From: Sphagnum compactum
Taxonomy: Eukaryota
Direction: 5' to 3'
Assembly (NCBI GenBank): GCA_965153455.1
Contig: OZ234493.1
Coordinates: forward strand, 29,006,213 to 29,070,212
Length of the DNA: 64,000 nucleotides
Shown: piece by piece, positions 49,801 through 64,000 of the stretch
How the letters are laid out: each line of letters starts with the position of its first letter
Position numbering within the stretch: position 1 is the first letter of the stretch
Notes under the pieces: generated by a model
The model's database searches: none
The model's input: the letters and a program-made list of their open reading frames with translations, nothing else
What the model was told of the DNA's origin: nothing
Program-made: the position numbers and the translations under genes

Positions 49801-52292
49801 CCCTAAACTCTGTGCTTATGCAAGAGCAGAAAGCAATGGTAACTTAAAGTGGTACTCCAGCAAAGTCAAGGACTTTTAGCCAGAGAAATGACAATCCTCA
49901 TGGTCAAATGCCTCTTAGCTAGGAAGTGTCCAATGGTTTAAAGAACAGACATGAATTCTGCCAGCATATTGGAGGAGTAACTTATGAACGCCCCATGCAA
50001 TAGTAACCTATGTACAGCAGCACAAAGGAATATAAACAGATCACAAATGATAAACTGATGGACATGGTATATGCAAGGGAAATTGCAAAAAGCAATACCA
50101 GAGACCAGGATCATAATAACAAGCCAGCACCTCAGAATCCAAACATGGACAAACAACATAGCAGTCTCCGATCTAACTAAGAAGTTGATGTCAGAGACCT
50201 TTGGAAAACCTCTGGGTAAAGGAGGGGTAATGTGACCATTTCTTTCATACACTGTACCACATCTTGCAACCCAGCTACAGAATCCCAGCCTTCAGGAAAG
50301 AGACTGGTGGTGCCACCAGTAGTAGCTGAACATCCACCCAGTTTCACTGGGGCTATTTCTGCTAAATCTCGCTGCAGCAGTTTGCGCTCCCGTCTCACAA
50401 ACTCTTCATCCTCCCCAGACTTCTCCAAGCACTTCTCTTCTGCTTCAACATCCTTCAAGAGTGCAGCAGTTGCAGCCGCCCGTCTCTGTGTCTTTGAGAT
50501 CCTTGACCGCTCAGTATATATTGAACCAACCTCTCCCACTTTACCATAAACTGACCTGGGATGATCTTTCCATAACCACGACCTCTTTCTTCGCCGTGAT
50601 CGGAACAGGTAAATGTGATCATAGCAGGCCACAAGGTACTTTCGATGGTTGAATAATGAACCCTCAGAGCGAGCACATGGCTGGATCAGACAGCAAACAA
50701 GTCTTAGTGAACAAGAAAGATGGCACTTCTGGATCTGGAATGTAAGGTCCCCATGCTGGGGTCTTATTGTCAACACTAAGGAATGAGGAAATGAATGGCA
50801 GCTTTGAAAGAAGGCCCAATTCCAAAAAAAGAAACTCTCACCAGGTGATAATTCTGGGGGCATCGATCAACACGACATCCAATTGTGGCCCCTGGTAGAT
50901 TGCAGAGACTACATCTAAGGGACCGCCCTCGTCGAACAGCTGCCTTCACATTCTTCAGACGGCCAACTCCTGAGAAGTAGACCTGCAAGAAATTGAGAGA
51001 ACCAGCCATCAATACCATGATGGATCTTAGACTAAATGTCCACAGGTCTTCCAAGTCAGTGACAGCTCATCAAGTTATAGACACAAAGCTGGCAAACAGG
51101 TTGGTGAGCACAGGACATGGGAACCATGCATCAGCCTGCCTACACAGAAGACACAGCCCACATTCTTAGCTAGCTTACTCCAACATGCTCTGTCCATCCA
51201 AACAGCATGAAAGGAGGTATGATTATGTGTAGAGCCATAAGGACAATCACCATCTACCATGAGGAAATGAGGAATCCATAAAAGCGACATCACAAGGAAA
51301 TAATGATTTATTAACAAGTCTGAAATGTCACATGGCATTCTTGGTGCACCACAGCCACCCATGAACTGCAGTAAACAAATGAGACAACGCACTACTCCAT
51401 CAGGAGAAAGCTGTATTACTCTTACTTACATAGGAACAGGTGTAGCTGACAGAACAACTAGTAGAGTATTGTCAAGGATAAAGCAAATTCCTTCTAGGGT
51501 TTCAATCAGACAGCGGGTCACAGATCCATATCTGCAATCACCCTTACTTCTTCAAAAAGAAAAGATAATTTGGGATAACTTGGCATTCGAATCAACCCTA
51601 ATTAAGTTCCTACAGCAGCAGGCATGAAGACCATGCTAGACACACTTGGCTGGGGAAAGAAAAGAAATTACCCACCTCAGGGCTCCAGATAGCACAGTTC
51701 TCATGAACCCATGCCCCAGCCACACCAACATGTTCGCTAAGAGGGCCCAATAGCCTACCAAGCCACCCCTTTTGAGCACCGAATCCATCTGCTTTATTGA
51801 AATCCTGAGTTCCATTTCCAAGCAGCGACTGAGGAATACAACTCTCTTTACTCTCGGTCGCATCTGGTAGCACGTCTTGTGGAGATTCCCCATCCGAGCT
51901 TCCCCCACAAAGCCCACATCTACATCAACAAGGCCAAGAATTAGGTCAGAAAAAAATTATACATATATGTCGACCGCTTTTGGCTGAGTGTTTGTTTGCA
52001 CCTTGACAACTCAGATTCCCACAAACATAAAGACTGCTGGGAGCACATCAACTCGAGGCAAAACATAAAGGGAGAGTACATACATGCACAACCCTAAACC
52101 CTAGACTCATTTGCAGACGAAGAAACGAGAGAGCGTGAGAGCAGCAGAGGTATATATACAGACTATGAACCAGCGGCACCTGCGACTGGAGCTTTTAGGC
52201 AGCAGCTCCCCCGGCATAACTACTGCTGCTGCTGGCGCCGCTGCTGCAGGTGCTGCTTCTTCACACGAGCCTTTCACCAGCTCCCCTGTCAT
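43844..52292 (-). CDS. ePHD (zf-HC5HC2H) zinc finger + AAA-ATPase chromatin protein, ATAD2/Yta7 family, BRP1 (BRAT1-partner)-like; exons ~52292-52180, 51919-51676, 50982-50842, 50680-50199, 49662-48984, 48756-47991, ~47727-47424, 47159-46370, 46247-45547, 45128-43844
   Basis: RCGLCGG..WLGRLLGP..WVHENCAIWSPE|VYFSGVGRLKNVKAAVRRGRSLRCSLC..ATIGCRVDRCPQNYHL|PCAR..CYDH. Walker A GHPGTGKT, Walker B IIFFDEIDG, SRH DPALRRPGRFDRE. Degenerate second AAA (GGAKHGQR, LFMPQIE). Splice phases are consistent; no bromodomain recognised. Confidence 0.9.
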
Positions 52293-52516
52293 ATCACCGC
52301 CCGCCCGCCCGCCAGCCGCGCACCTCTCACAAGAACCCTTGTCTCAAAGCTCGAACTACCCAATCCGCGCTACTAGCTTCCATTGTCGTGAAACCCAAAA
52401 TCCTGACTACATTCCCACTCGATCTCCTTGATCTGCTGCAACAAAGTTGGCAAAATTGTGTGTGCATTTAATTTACGCGCTCGCGATCTCCTCCTCCTCC
52501 TCCTCGCGATTTCGGA

Positions 52517-52534
52517 TTTAGGGCTTTAGGGTTT
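52517..52534 (-). promoter_or_regulatory. Telo-box (AAACCCTA) near the putative transcription start of the ATPase gene
   Basis: tttagggctttagggttt in a CpG-rich segment ~230 bp upstream of the ATG, adjacent to site-II GGGCCCA motifs. Confidence 0.5.
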
Positions 52535-52588
52535 CCGGGTCGGAAGCGTCGGGAATACGACGGACCGAGGTAACGCCAAAGCGCACAC

Positions 52589-52825
52589 GTTCACACTGCT
52601 GTGGGTTTAACACCGAAGGGTCCAAGTAATGTAAGCTACTATGCGTTCACACTATGGTGGGTTTAACCCCGATGGGCCCATAGTAACCCCAAAGATCACC
52701 TGTTCACACTATTGTGGCCTGAACGGCGAAGGGCCCAAGTATTGCAAAGCTACTATGCGTTCACACTTCTGTGCGCTGAACCCGTGAAGGGCCCAAGTAT
52801 TGTAAGCTACTATGGGTTCATACTA
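52589..52825. repeat. 56-57 bp tandem array, 4 full units plus a partial one
   Basis: Units start with gttcacact at 52589, 52645, 52702 and 52759, and gttcatact at 52816. Consensus gttcacact..tgtgg..t.aac.c.gaagggcccaagtattgtaagctactatgc. Confidence 0.92.
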
Positions 52826-52885
52826 ATTTTGGGCTACATGAAGGAAAAGTAATCATTCTTACCTATCATGCGTTCGCCTTATTAA

Positions 52886-55330
52886 GTTGCTTTCACACTT
52901 GTTTTTAGGGATTCTAATGTCAAGGCCATTAACATCAAGCTAGCTATTTAGGACTTAAACCTACTTACCACAAATTACGATGTTATGTTAGCTTTTTAGA
53001 CTATCTTTCACACTCATAATGTTAAAATGCTTAACAATGACTAGGAACTTAATGTTAAATCTTAACATTTTTTCATCATCATTCACATTTATGATAATGA
53101 CAAGTTTTTCTTTGCACGATGTTGTTTGTTATGTTGAATGATATATAAAGGGGTGGGTGGATAGGTGAACAGGTGGTTGGGTAAGTGACTAGGTGAGTGG
53201 TTAGTAGGTGGGTGGATGATAGGTAAATAAATACATGGGTAATTAAATAATAGGTAGTTAGTGAATGAGTGATTGGGTGAGTAAATAGGTAAGTAAGTTT
53301 GGGTAGGTAGGGGAATGATTCAAAACAAATTTATTAACCATTGATTTAAAGTTCATTTTAGGGGTTGTTACCCAGCATTGAATTTTTATTCCAAATTTTA
53401 TATTTTTTTTCAAAATTTTATGATGAATTAACATCGGCCTAACATTCTATCATCATGATGTGGCACCTAGGCTAATGTTAACATCATGAAACACAAACAC
53501 CAACATTTTACCTTTTTATGATTTGTTCGCATTAAGCAACTAGTAGCTATTTTTCAACTTTGTTGAAGTTGTTATGTGAAATGTGTCCAAACATGCATCA
53601 ACATGTATCTTTTTTCCCTTCTTTTATTTGTTTCTTATTTATTTCTTTATGTTCAATGTTCTCTATTTTGTATGTGTCCGAGAAAAGTCTTTGTGTTCAT
53701 ATTTTCATTATGTTTGCATTATATTTTGCTTTTGTCTTATAACTTCTTAGAAATCAACGTTGTTTTGTTCTTTTGCACACAAAGCTTGGGGCAATTTACA
53801 AAGTTTGTTTACATAAGTTGTTAGTGTTCTTTATATCTTTACGAAGAATTAAATTTTTTTACAAGTTGGTGTTGTTTAAGTTCTTGTGCACATAAAATTT
53901 AGGGCAATCTGCAAAGGTTTGTTTACACAATCTACAAGGTTTGTTTTACAATTTATTTGTTTTGTTGATGTTAGTGTTGGTTGTTTATTTGAGGTATGTG
54001 TGTAGCATCCAACAATTTTTTTGAATTTGTGTAGGTTCCTTTGTGTGCAACCAAAATTTAAACTACCATGAATGGTTGTTATTATTGGGCTACTTTTTAT
54101 TTTTGATCAAAGGCTTGTAGGAAATATTGGTGTTCAATGATTCAAGCTTGCCATTATTTTTTACATTCAATGCATTGCAACTAAATCTTCAAACATTATT
54201 GATGTCTATCGCACTACATCACTACATGGTGTCAGTGTGTAATTCATTACCAATTGGCAAAAAGCTTGGGCATTGGGTTAAGCTTTGTTCAACTATATTG
54301 TTTGACTACTTTTTGTCAATAGAATACAAATATCAAGTAGATCCAACATTTTCAAATGTCAAAGGTGATTGCTTTGAACATTTGTAACCAAATGAAACCT
54401 TTCATTTCAAAACATGATACCAAGTATATAGGAAGGTGATTCTTGTTGACATTAAAGTTTCATGTGCAATCTACAAGCTCTTGATTTATAATGAGTTATT
54501 TATTAGGAGATCCACTAAAACATTTGTGCTTCAAAAAGTGGTGATGGTGATTGATGTTATGTTCAAAAAATTCATAACATGGCTTGTTGGTGAGAAAATG
54601 CAAGTTGTGATGATGGATTTAAAAATTGGTCTAGTGTGCCAAATATGATTGATGTTATTGACGACATTCACATTGCCATAATCAAACCATCTTGTGCCTT
54701 TGTTAAACATTGTTTTTCCCATAAAACATGGAATTATAGCATAGTTGCATGAATGGTGGTTGACAATCAAGAAATGTTTATTGATGTAATGTGGGATTGC
54801 CTAGGAGTTTGAATGACTCCCATGTGTTGATGAAATTTAGGTTGTACCGTTGTGCAATACATGAGAATTTTTTTGATATGGATGCAAGTTCACAAGATGG
54901 ATTGCCACCTTACCTATTCTAGTAAAAGGGGCACCCATTATGTTATTGGCTCATGGCATCACCCAAAAAGATGGAAAACATCATTAAGTTTCAAATCAGT
55001 TATTGTACAATCAAAAACACAAACGGGAGAGGTTGATGGTAAAAAACGCATATGGCATAATGAAATAAACATTCAAAAACCTTTTTAAAAGGACATACCT
55101 ACACATAACAATTATACATGATGTGTTTGTTGCTTGTTATTTCTTCAACAATTTGATAATGGGTACTAAAGAAATGGATGTTGAAAAGTTGATGCAAGTG
55201 ATTCAATTTCAAGGCATGCAAGATGATGCATTGACTGCAAATGGATTACATCAATCTAAGGAAAATGTTCACATCCAAGGTAAAAAGCTCTCAAAGTAGC
55301 ATAACCATTACAACCTAAAAGTTTACCTTG
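52886..55330 (+). mobile_element. PIF/Harbinger (HARBI1-like DDE) transposon relic; transposase remnant ~54100-55300
   Basis: Broken-frame motifs IDVIDDIHIAIIKP, YSIVA*MVVDN..FIDV, NDSHVL, QDGLPPYL..KG, LLYNQKHKRERLMVKNAYGIMK. Candidate left end TAA|GTTGCTTTCACACT at 52883-52899. Confidence 0.7.
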
Positions 55331-55499
55331 TTGTTGAATGCCACAAAAAATTATCACAAATTGAAATTTATAACTATAAATAAGTATTCAATCCTATGTA
55401 CTACCATCATCCTTTCAATTGAAGTTCATGTCAAACTTCATGTAACCATCCTTTCTGTGAACACGGAAAAAATTGGTAGGAGAAAGTTCAACAACACCA

Positions 55500-58400
55500 C
55501 AACTTGCATGTATATATTTATTGTTCAACATCATTGCATCACAAATTTCCAATACCACAAAATTTCAATAAAATCCATTCAAAAATTGTAAAACAATATA
55601 TACGTGCAATATATATGGGTTTCCAAATGTAAAAATGGCACAAATATATGTGTATATCTATATAATTTATATATATATGATGTGGTTTTTTTACTTGTGA
55701 TGTTTTGATGTGAAGTACATAGGATTTACATTTTAATTGAATCCGTGTAATTATTGTCATGTAATTTTACATAAAACTATGTTATTTTTCTATGAACCTA
55801 TGAAAATTAGATTTCACACAAAATTTGTATGAACCTATGAAGCCTAGTAAGTTTGTGATATGAAAATTATCAACATGAAAAATGTAGTAAAAAATAGTAA
55901 TCCAACTTTATGTATTATTAACATCATTCGTTTATATTCAAAAAATATATCGATGCAATCTTACTTGAATCCATTTTCGTGTGCATTAGTGTCATGTGCA
56001 TTGTTATTAGTGTTTAATATCAAATTTTGATGTACAACACTCCATTCCTTATTATGTTTGATTCAATTATGTGTCTTATACCTTGAAATCTTATAATTGT
56101 CTGTATAAAATCTTTTCTTGTGCATGTGTTTTTTTTTTCTCAATTTACAAGTTCACAGCATGGATGTGGTGAAATAACCATAAAATAAACCATGATAAAT
56201 AAGTTTTATATTGGTCATAAAAACTATATTATGTAACCATTCAATTTGCAATTACATACGACTTTCTATCATTTACAACTATGTTTTATCATTTTTACAA
56301 GTAGTCACCATCCTTTTAAATTTGCTATTATTTTTGTGATTATCTTACAACTACTAAATTGCACATCCTTCCATATTGACTAATTTCATAAAATTTTCAT
56401 TCAATAAAAGGCCCTATATTCATTTAATCACAAAATTAATTGCAACTTTATTATTTTTTATGGTGTGCCTATATTTTTAATGTACATTAGGATATTGTGG
56501 ACATTAAGAGTATATTTAGCTTGTATCCAATGTATATTAAACATCTATTAAGCATATTTAACATATTTAAATCTATTTAATTCATATTCAAAATACATTA
56601 AACATATTTAACTTTAATTGATCGTATATTAAAATTTACAAAATTATTTTGATTTCATATGTTTTGCTTAAAAATATACCATGTCTATTTTAAGGTATGA
56701 TCAAATTATATTTATGACAAGGTCATATTAAAATGATATAATCATCATATTAAATGAATATTAATTATTGATAGAGTATTACTATCCACTAATTGATTAA
56801 TTAGTATACATCATGAAATATTCATTTAATTTAATTGTTTAATTTAATTTTAACTAACATTAACCAATATATAATAATTGATAATTTAGTTAGTTACTTC
56901 AAAAACTTTAATTCCTTAATTACATATTAAACCGTAAATCAATAAAATAATTAATAATGAATTATTACCATCAATTAATTGATTGATTAATGTAAAAACA
57001 TGTAATAATAGTTAGTTGATTAAAATTATTTAATATTTAATAATGATTAATTTCAATTTATTAATTATTAATTACTATCAAATAATAATTTGAATGTAAA
57101 TAATTATTATATGAATTAATCAGTGTAATTCAGAGAATTAGTTCTTTATTTAATTTAGATAATTATTTTCTAAATACTTAACTAAATGACTAATTTTTTT
57201 GAATTGGACTGATTAATACAAATATTTAGCTCAAATAATGAATTATCAAATGACCAATTCAGATTATTAATATCAAATAAGAATTTATTTAAATTTAGAT
57301 AAATTTGTAGATCAAGGCAGATGAAATTAACTCAAGTGTTTGTTATTAAGATGTTTTTATTGAAGTTTCATTTTATCTGAAATTATTTTTGAGTAATTTT
57401 TATTTAAATTTCACTATATTTCATGCATATTACTTATATTACATCAATCAAGATGTGATGATGATATAATACAAATAATGCAAATTGTGTTATGATTTTT
57501 TCTAATGGCAGAATAGTTCAATATCCAATTACCACTCCATCTTATGTGATGAAAATGAAAATATTGTCATAAAACACGAATTTAAATGCATTAAGTTTAG
57601 ATCTTTAAAAAAATTAAATTTAAAATTGCATTGGTTTGAGTTTAAAATTTCACTCATGTGACTTCAAAAAATACCACATAAAATGAATGAATTGAAATCT
57701 AATGAAATTGTAATTTGAAAATTGTTTATTTTCTTGTGAATTTGCATCTTCGTGATTTTTGTGTAACCCTAAGTTGTTTCAATGGTCATACAATGAATAA
57801 TAAATAGTGGAAAATTTGGTGTTAATTGATGTTATTAAGTTCAAATATATATTGTATTTTATGTCAAATTAGACCAAAATATGGAATGATTTTTATCGAT
57901 ATGAAATCCTAATAATGAAAATAACTTTAAATATATATATGTTTTTAATTGTTATATATTATTATTATCATTTAAATGTGGTTTTGACCATTAAAATTGC
58001 ATAATTTGAAAGACTTCCTTGAAAACAAAATGTATTTTGTTATGTAAGAGAAACAAAGGATAAATTTTGATGAAAATTTAGATGTGTTATGTATATGCAT
58101 AACACATCTTACATAACATTTGGTATGTACATACATTCATATAATTAATATTGTGTTAAACAACAACTTTATTAACGAGCACAATACCTAAATTACCATT
58201 AATGCATTACAAGAATTTGTTTTATTTTATTTTGAAATAATGAAGTGAATCAACTTGGTTGCGATTTTTTTATTATCACAACCAAGGTTTTTTTTTCAAT
58301 TATTTAATGTAACCAAATTGGTAATCATTTGCAAAAACAAATTTGACCAAATTTAGACATAGACCAAATATGAAATTAGGAAATTTTAATAATCCTTTTA

Positions 58401-59100
58401 TAAAATGACATGAATTCATTGAAATGAGTTATAAGGATGATGAAATGATTTTATGACATAGTTAATTAAATATATAATTGTCTACAAATTTATGGCAAGT
58501 TGAAATTATAATGTGAGTTTATCACAAATTATAGTCATTTCATTCATATATGATAATTCGTGACAAACAAATAATTCACTAAAATAGGTGGTGTGTGCAA
58601 AATTTGAATATATAATTAATGAAAAATTAGGTTTATGTAAGTATTGCATAATGAAACATGTCATTTCATAAAAGGTATCAATAGAGATACCATAACATTT
58701 GAATGTGTTTGTGACATGGGTAATTTAATATTCAACATACCGATATTTCTATAATATTTTAAGTTTTGACACATTCATCATTGCCATGTTTAACTATTTT
58801 TTATGTAATTCAATATGTGTCATATCTTGCAATAAGTTCATTAAAATTTGCAATATGAATGCAAGGATTAAAACACAATACAAAATTAATTTATGAAATT
58901 TAGCCAATTTTTTTTTAGCTGAGTGAAAATTTTAAAACTTTAATTTTTGTTATTCACTAAATTCTTTCAACTACTTTATAAAGCATTCACTTTTGAAAAT
59001 GGCATCACTTTTATCTTAATATTTTATTCATGACATGCATTATGCCATGATTTAACCTTTGATTATGATCAAAGTTAGGTTAAACATAACAATCAAATCA
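55500..59100. other. Extremely AT-rich non-coding tract
   Basis: Almost no ORFs in the track; visibly very high A+T content. Confidence 0.7.
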
Positions 59101-62100
59101 ATCCCAAATCCAATGCATATGAGAAATGAGAGTAGTGAAAAAATAAAAATGAAAAGGCATTTGTGGGAGTCAAAGGTCGAAAACCCTAAGGGGTCCATTT
59201 CCTCCCTTTTTGGGGTTTCAAAACCTTGAAATTATTTTTAAATATATATAATAAATTGGAGCTTGGAAACTTGTTTTTTATTGCAATATGTAAAGAGTGT
59301 TTTAATGATATTAATGTATAAGGTGGCAAATTATGCAATTTTCTTGAACATTTTATGACACATAAAGTTTGTATGATGATCACACACTTACAATAACGAT
59401 CGAACTTTTTATTGAACATGAATTAGTTTTTAATTGTTGAATATACCACCCTAAACCTTTACTAACATGGAACGAGAGCCTTTGCCCATTATGTTGGGTG
59501 TGTTTCATGCTCAACATAACTTGTATATTATTTCAAAAAGAAAGTCAATTGCAAGTTTGAATTGAATCAAAAGTTTGTACATGGGTTTTGCAATTCAAAG
59601 GATTTATGATTTTCGGTTTGTAATTGGACATAGTTAAAACATTTACATTTAAACATATATTTTTAAAAATTGTAGATTTTTTAACTAACTACTTCCAAGT
59701 TTGGAAAATACAACTAGGCCATGTACCTAGATGTAGGGATGGGTATTGGTAAAATAATAAGGGTAGGTTTGGATAAATGATAATAGATCCTACATATTGA
59801 GTGCCAAACACATGTTTTGTCTTTTTACCATGTATCCCAAACTTTATAATGTTTAACATAATGTGCATTTTTAACAAACCACCCTATGTGGTGCGTTTTT
59901 GTGGCAAACCATGACACATGCGTTGTAATGTTGTTTAATTAGTGTCATGCATTACTAGATCAACACCCAACACTATCAAAAGTAATAAAATCACATTCAT
60001 GAAAACATGATAGTTGTGACTTTAAAGTCACACCATGGGAATAGATTCCCAAATATGAAATTTGTTAACCCTTGTTCACATTGAATTTGGTTCCAACAAC
60101 ATAACGAATTACAAAAAAATATTATCATGTAGTGGTGAGTGGTGAAAACATAATTGGCTTGCTAAAAAAGAAGAGAATATAATGTAATACTAACTTGTAA
60201 TTACCAAGGTGTGCGAGCCATATCGACACAACCATGTGCGGTAGTTCAATTTTTAAGAGTTGCATCAAGAATATTCGAGTGTGGTAAGGTTATTAGGGGT
60301 TTTTAGTAACTTCATGTTAGAATAAGGAATGAAGAATGCATAATGTGCATGCCATAAATTTTGGCCTTTAAACATCAACTAGATCCTTTTTTTTTTGGTT
60401 CAAGAGCCTAATGAAATAAATATATGTTACCATTAACCCATGTTTATTTGCATAAAAAGGTGTCCAATTCTGAATGCCCAAACCTAAATTCAACTTAATT
60501 AAAATTTCATTCAATATATATTCAATTTCATTCAATATTGATGTGAACCGATGACATGGTACTACCAAAAAATCACTTATTCTTTAATTAACAGATTTGT
60601 CCCATTAAAAATTGCTAGTGATATAGTTTTGTCGGTGTTAAATATAATATTCCATGAGTAAATTAATTATCTATATATCATTAATGGGTCTTTGTTGTAC
60701 TCCATTACAATGAGTACCATGTAAACATACTAACTATGACAACATTCAATCCATTATAACTCTAGAGAATAATTTCACTAAACACGCAATGTTAAAACAC
60801 AATAGAATGGACGAAATAACATACTTTATATTTCAATAAATCATGAAGCTTTGTAATGTCTTTTTCCTTTCCTTCTTCTCATCACTCCTCTACTTACTTA
60901 CTCCCTCTCTAATAGATCAACATTAAAACATACATTATAACCCCTTTCAAGTCAATCGAAATGTATTTTTATACTCTCTGCAAAACGGTTATAATTGTTT
61001 AATTATCTGGCAAATCGAATACACTATGTTGTCATAACGATATGTTGCCATACCGATTTGCCTGTACTATCATACTGATTTGCTTACTTTGTTATCTCGA
61101 CTTATCTATACATATCGACTTGCCTGTTTGTTTATTGTTTTATATATCCTTTTCCTAACAAAACCATTTTCAAATGATTAGATTTTTCAACATTTACGTT
61201 CCCAACATGATTTTTGATTAACCATAAAAAAATGATTATCAATTTGAATAAAAACTACCTTAGAGAAACCAAGATCATGGATGGTGATTCCATCATTGGG
61301 GCATATCAAGATTGCCATGAAGGACATCCTTCACCTTGGGATATCCTTAGGGCATGTTAGGCCATTTCAAAACATCCTTCCAACCTCCTTCTAAAAAAGC
61401 TTAAAAAATTTACTTCCCTATTTTTAAAAACCTAAATTTACCTTTCCCATTCAAGCAAAGGTTTCCAACTTAGTGGTCTCATTTCAATGCACCCATTGTC
61501 CTTCCTTGGAAACTTGTTGTCCACTTTGTCAAGATTCCCCATTGTTCATTCATGATGAAACTCCCAAAACAAAACAATAAAGTGGTGTCCATCCCAATGC
61601 CCATGTTGTGACTTTTAACACTTTTTTCATTATCCCAAAATGTGGCTTTTGTGACTTGGACATTATACAACTATGCCTTAAATCTAATCAAGTGAACCAA
61701 TGTGTCCTACTTGATTAATAATGATCATGATTATAGGATTAAATACAATATAACTATCATAATACTTGAATGGATTCAACATTTTGATGTGGAATAATTA
61801 AAATGCATTTTGGCACATTAAATATTATTTTTCAATGCTTTTAACCCACATTATGAATTTCTTCACGTTTTCAACATGAATGAAAAAAAAATCATTTTTC
61901 ATCCATTTTAATGCACATTAATCATTTGCTACATTTTTGGGTTCTTATTTGCATGTGCATTTACCTGAATTCTTATTTGTTAATTGTGAGGTCTTTGATA
62001 TGTCATCGAAACATAACTACTCCTATGTTTATATGAAATAATAACAATTTTGCAAGCCATATGCACCTTGTGGACAATATATGTATTTTTCATGATATAG

Positions 62101-64000
62101 GAATTGTTTCTACAATAGAAAAGAAACAAGATTGCCCCTGAATTACCTATTGGGAATTTGAACACAATAACTCAAGCTAGTGGTTAATTAATGGGGATAA
62201 TAAAGATGATGATCAATTACCATTTCCCTATAGAAACTTGTAGAATGGGGTTATTGATCTACTAAATATATATTCATAAGAGCCAAACGCATAAATAGGT
62301 TGGTAATAATCCCAAGTATAAATATGTTGCAATTATATAACAATATAAATTGTTAATTATATATTTTGAATTATGTGATGTAGTCTAAAAAGTAATTTTG
62401 ATTAATATCCAAATAAAATAATGCAAATATCGTGGCATGACCTTCATGTATTTTACACCTTTATTTTTATGTCATGGAATGCACCTTTATGCCCAATTAT
62501 ATCAAGTGTGTGGTTAATAGGCTCATCCAATGACCTCTTGTTTGGCATAAATAATTAATTATTGGTGAATTTGGATAGTTCATGACATTTATTATTTTTC
62601 TAAATATCAATACACTATGTTTTGAAAAAGTGAATTTATTTTTCATCTCATTAATTTATATCCTTAAAATTAAAAAAATCTACAAGGACACCTATGAATT
62701 TTATCAATTTAATTTCTATTGATTCATTAGGTTGCAAATCTATTTAAAAGAAATCCAATCTTGGGTCTTTTTAAAAAGAAAACATGTTGTCAATTTAGTT
62801 GATATTTTATGAAAAACTAGTTTCAAATACCACCATAGTGGAATCTCACAAGCATCCAAATATAAGTGAACAAGATACCCTAAAGGATTCATAAATATGT
62901 GCATGTGAATTTATGAATGTTTACATTATCTATCAATTGAAGAAACTAGTTTGTTGAGGTAGGTAGTTTGTTTGTTGTGTTGAAATCTCCCAAATTGTGG
63001 TGCCCTCCATCATGTTATTGGTATTGTTGGAAAGCCCTTGAAACATATGATACAATATCAACTACACTACAGGTTTGGCAAAAGAGAAATGAATTCCAAA
63101 TTTTTTTTAGCCATCTTGAGATTTTCCCCCAAAAAACCATGTAGACTTTTGATGTTAAAGAGTTGACCCAAATCCAAGTTGAAACTAATGATGTTTTGCC
63201 AATATGAAAAACAATTTTGTCACATGTTTATAAATTAAGGATTAAGGATATGCAATCACAATTAATTTTAACTTGCATTCACATTGAAGTTTCTAATGGA
63301 CCATCGCATATTGTAGTACCTTTTTTAGGTTCAACATTAATGTGCCGAATAATTAATATAATTTGAAGATTCTGATTTGGCACTTGAGTTTTTGATTAGG
63401 AAAATTTTGGCATATAAGGAATAAATTCAATATTATTGTTATTGTATTCATCAATTTCCTGTTGTGCTTTTGGTTAGATTAACGAAAAGCTTCATTACTG
63501 TGTTGAACTAATTGTGGGTTCGAATTTGGCCACTATGATTGAATTTTTGAGATTTTTGACATTTAATGTTTTTTTTTGAAAAATTCGGCCAAAGTGAAAA
63601 TAATGTAATTTGTGCAAAATTTGAAAATGTAATATAGTAATAATATTAAAAGCCTCCTTTTGATTAAACAAAAATTCAATGCATGCTAATTCTTTTCATC
63701 ATTGTTTTTTTCTTAGGTACATGGAGGGTAGTTAATACCAACTTGTGAGAAACATTCAAAATAATTGATTGTTTTACATGTATGAAAATTGGCAACTTTG
63801 AGAACCAATTGAATTTGTAAAAATAAACATCCTAATACCCTAGTTGATTTTCACAAGACCTAATTTTCTTGGAATGAATTAGATCAATATTTAAAAATTT
63901 ACAAAAAAATCGAAACTATTAGTTTTCACAAAAATGTGAGAACCACCCGACATTGGTTTAAATTTTAAACCATAGTGTAAAAGTTATTGAATATTAAACA

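Noticed and set aside
52589-52825. CRISPR-like appearance of the 57-bp array
   Set aside because: The 'spacers' are homologous to each other, there are no cas genes, and the context is eukaryotic. It is a tandem repeat.
59100-64000. Possible highly decayed transposase or Helitron coding remnants
   Set aside because: No diagnostic motif could be read with confidence. Only a TIR-like cacccgacattgg near 63945 was seen.

Overview
This is eukaryotic nuclear DNA from a land plant, most likely a moss (Sphagnum-like; inferred from the gene and TE families, not proven). It is AT-rich, with GT-AG introns and microsatellites. Host genes: a 7-exon TIFY/JAZ jasmonate repressor (+, ~11344-14781); an LDIP/promethin-like lipid-droplet gene that looks pseudogenised (-, ~26682-25201); a multi-exon ePHD zinc finger + AAA-ATPase chromatin gene of the ATAD2/Yta7 family, most like Arabidopsis BRP1 (-, ~52292-43844); and a possible decayed gene downstream of it. 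The rest is mostly transposon debris: CRE/R2-type non-LTR relics, two PIF/Harbinger relics, hAT relics and MITE-like repeats. The most striking structure lies at 28076-35517. A nearly intact Ty1/copia element has a half-tRNA (hemivirus-type) PBS, telomere-like LTR repeats and a hairpin array in its leader. It is fused tail-to-tail, at an apparent 9-bp microhomology, to an oppositely oriented Ty3/gypsy element, and both appear nested in a hAT element. A 56-57 bp tandem array built from a TIR-like motif plus TCP site-II motifs sits in the BRP1-like promoter. All calls come from reading the sequence by eye; no searches were run.
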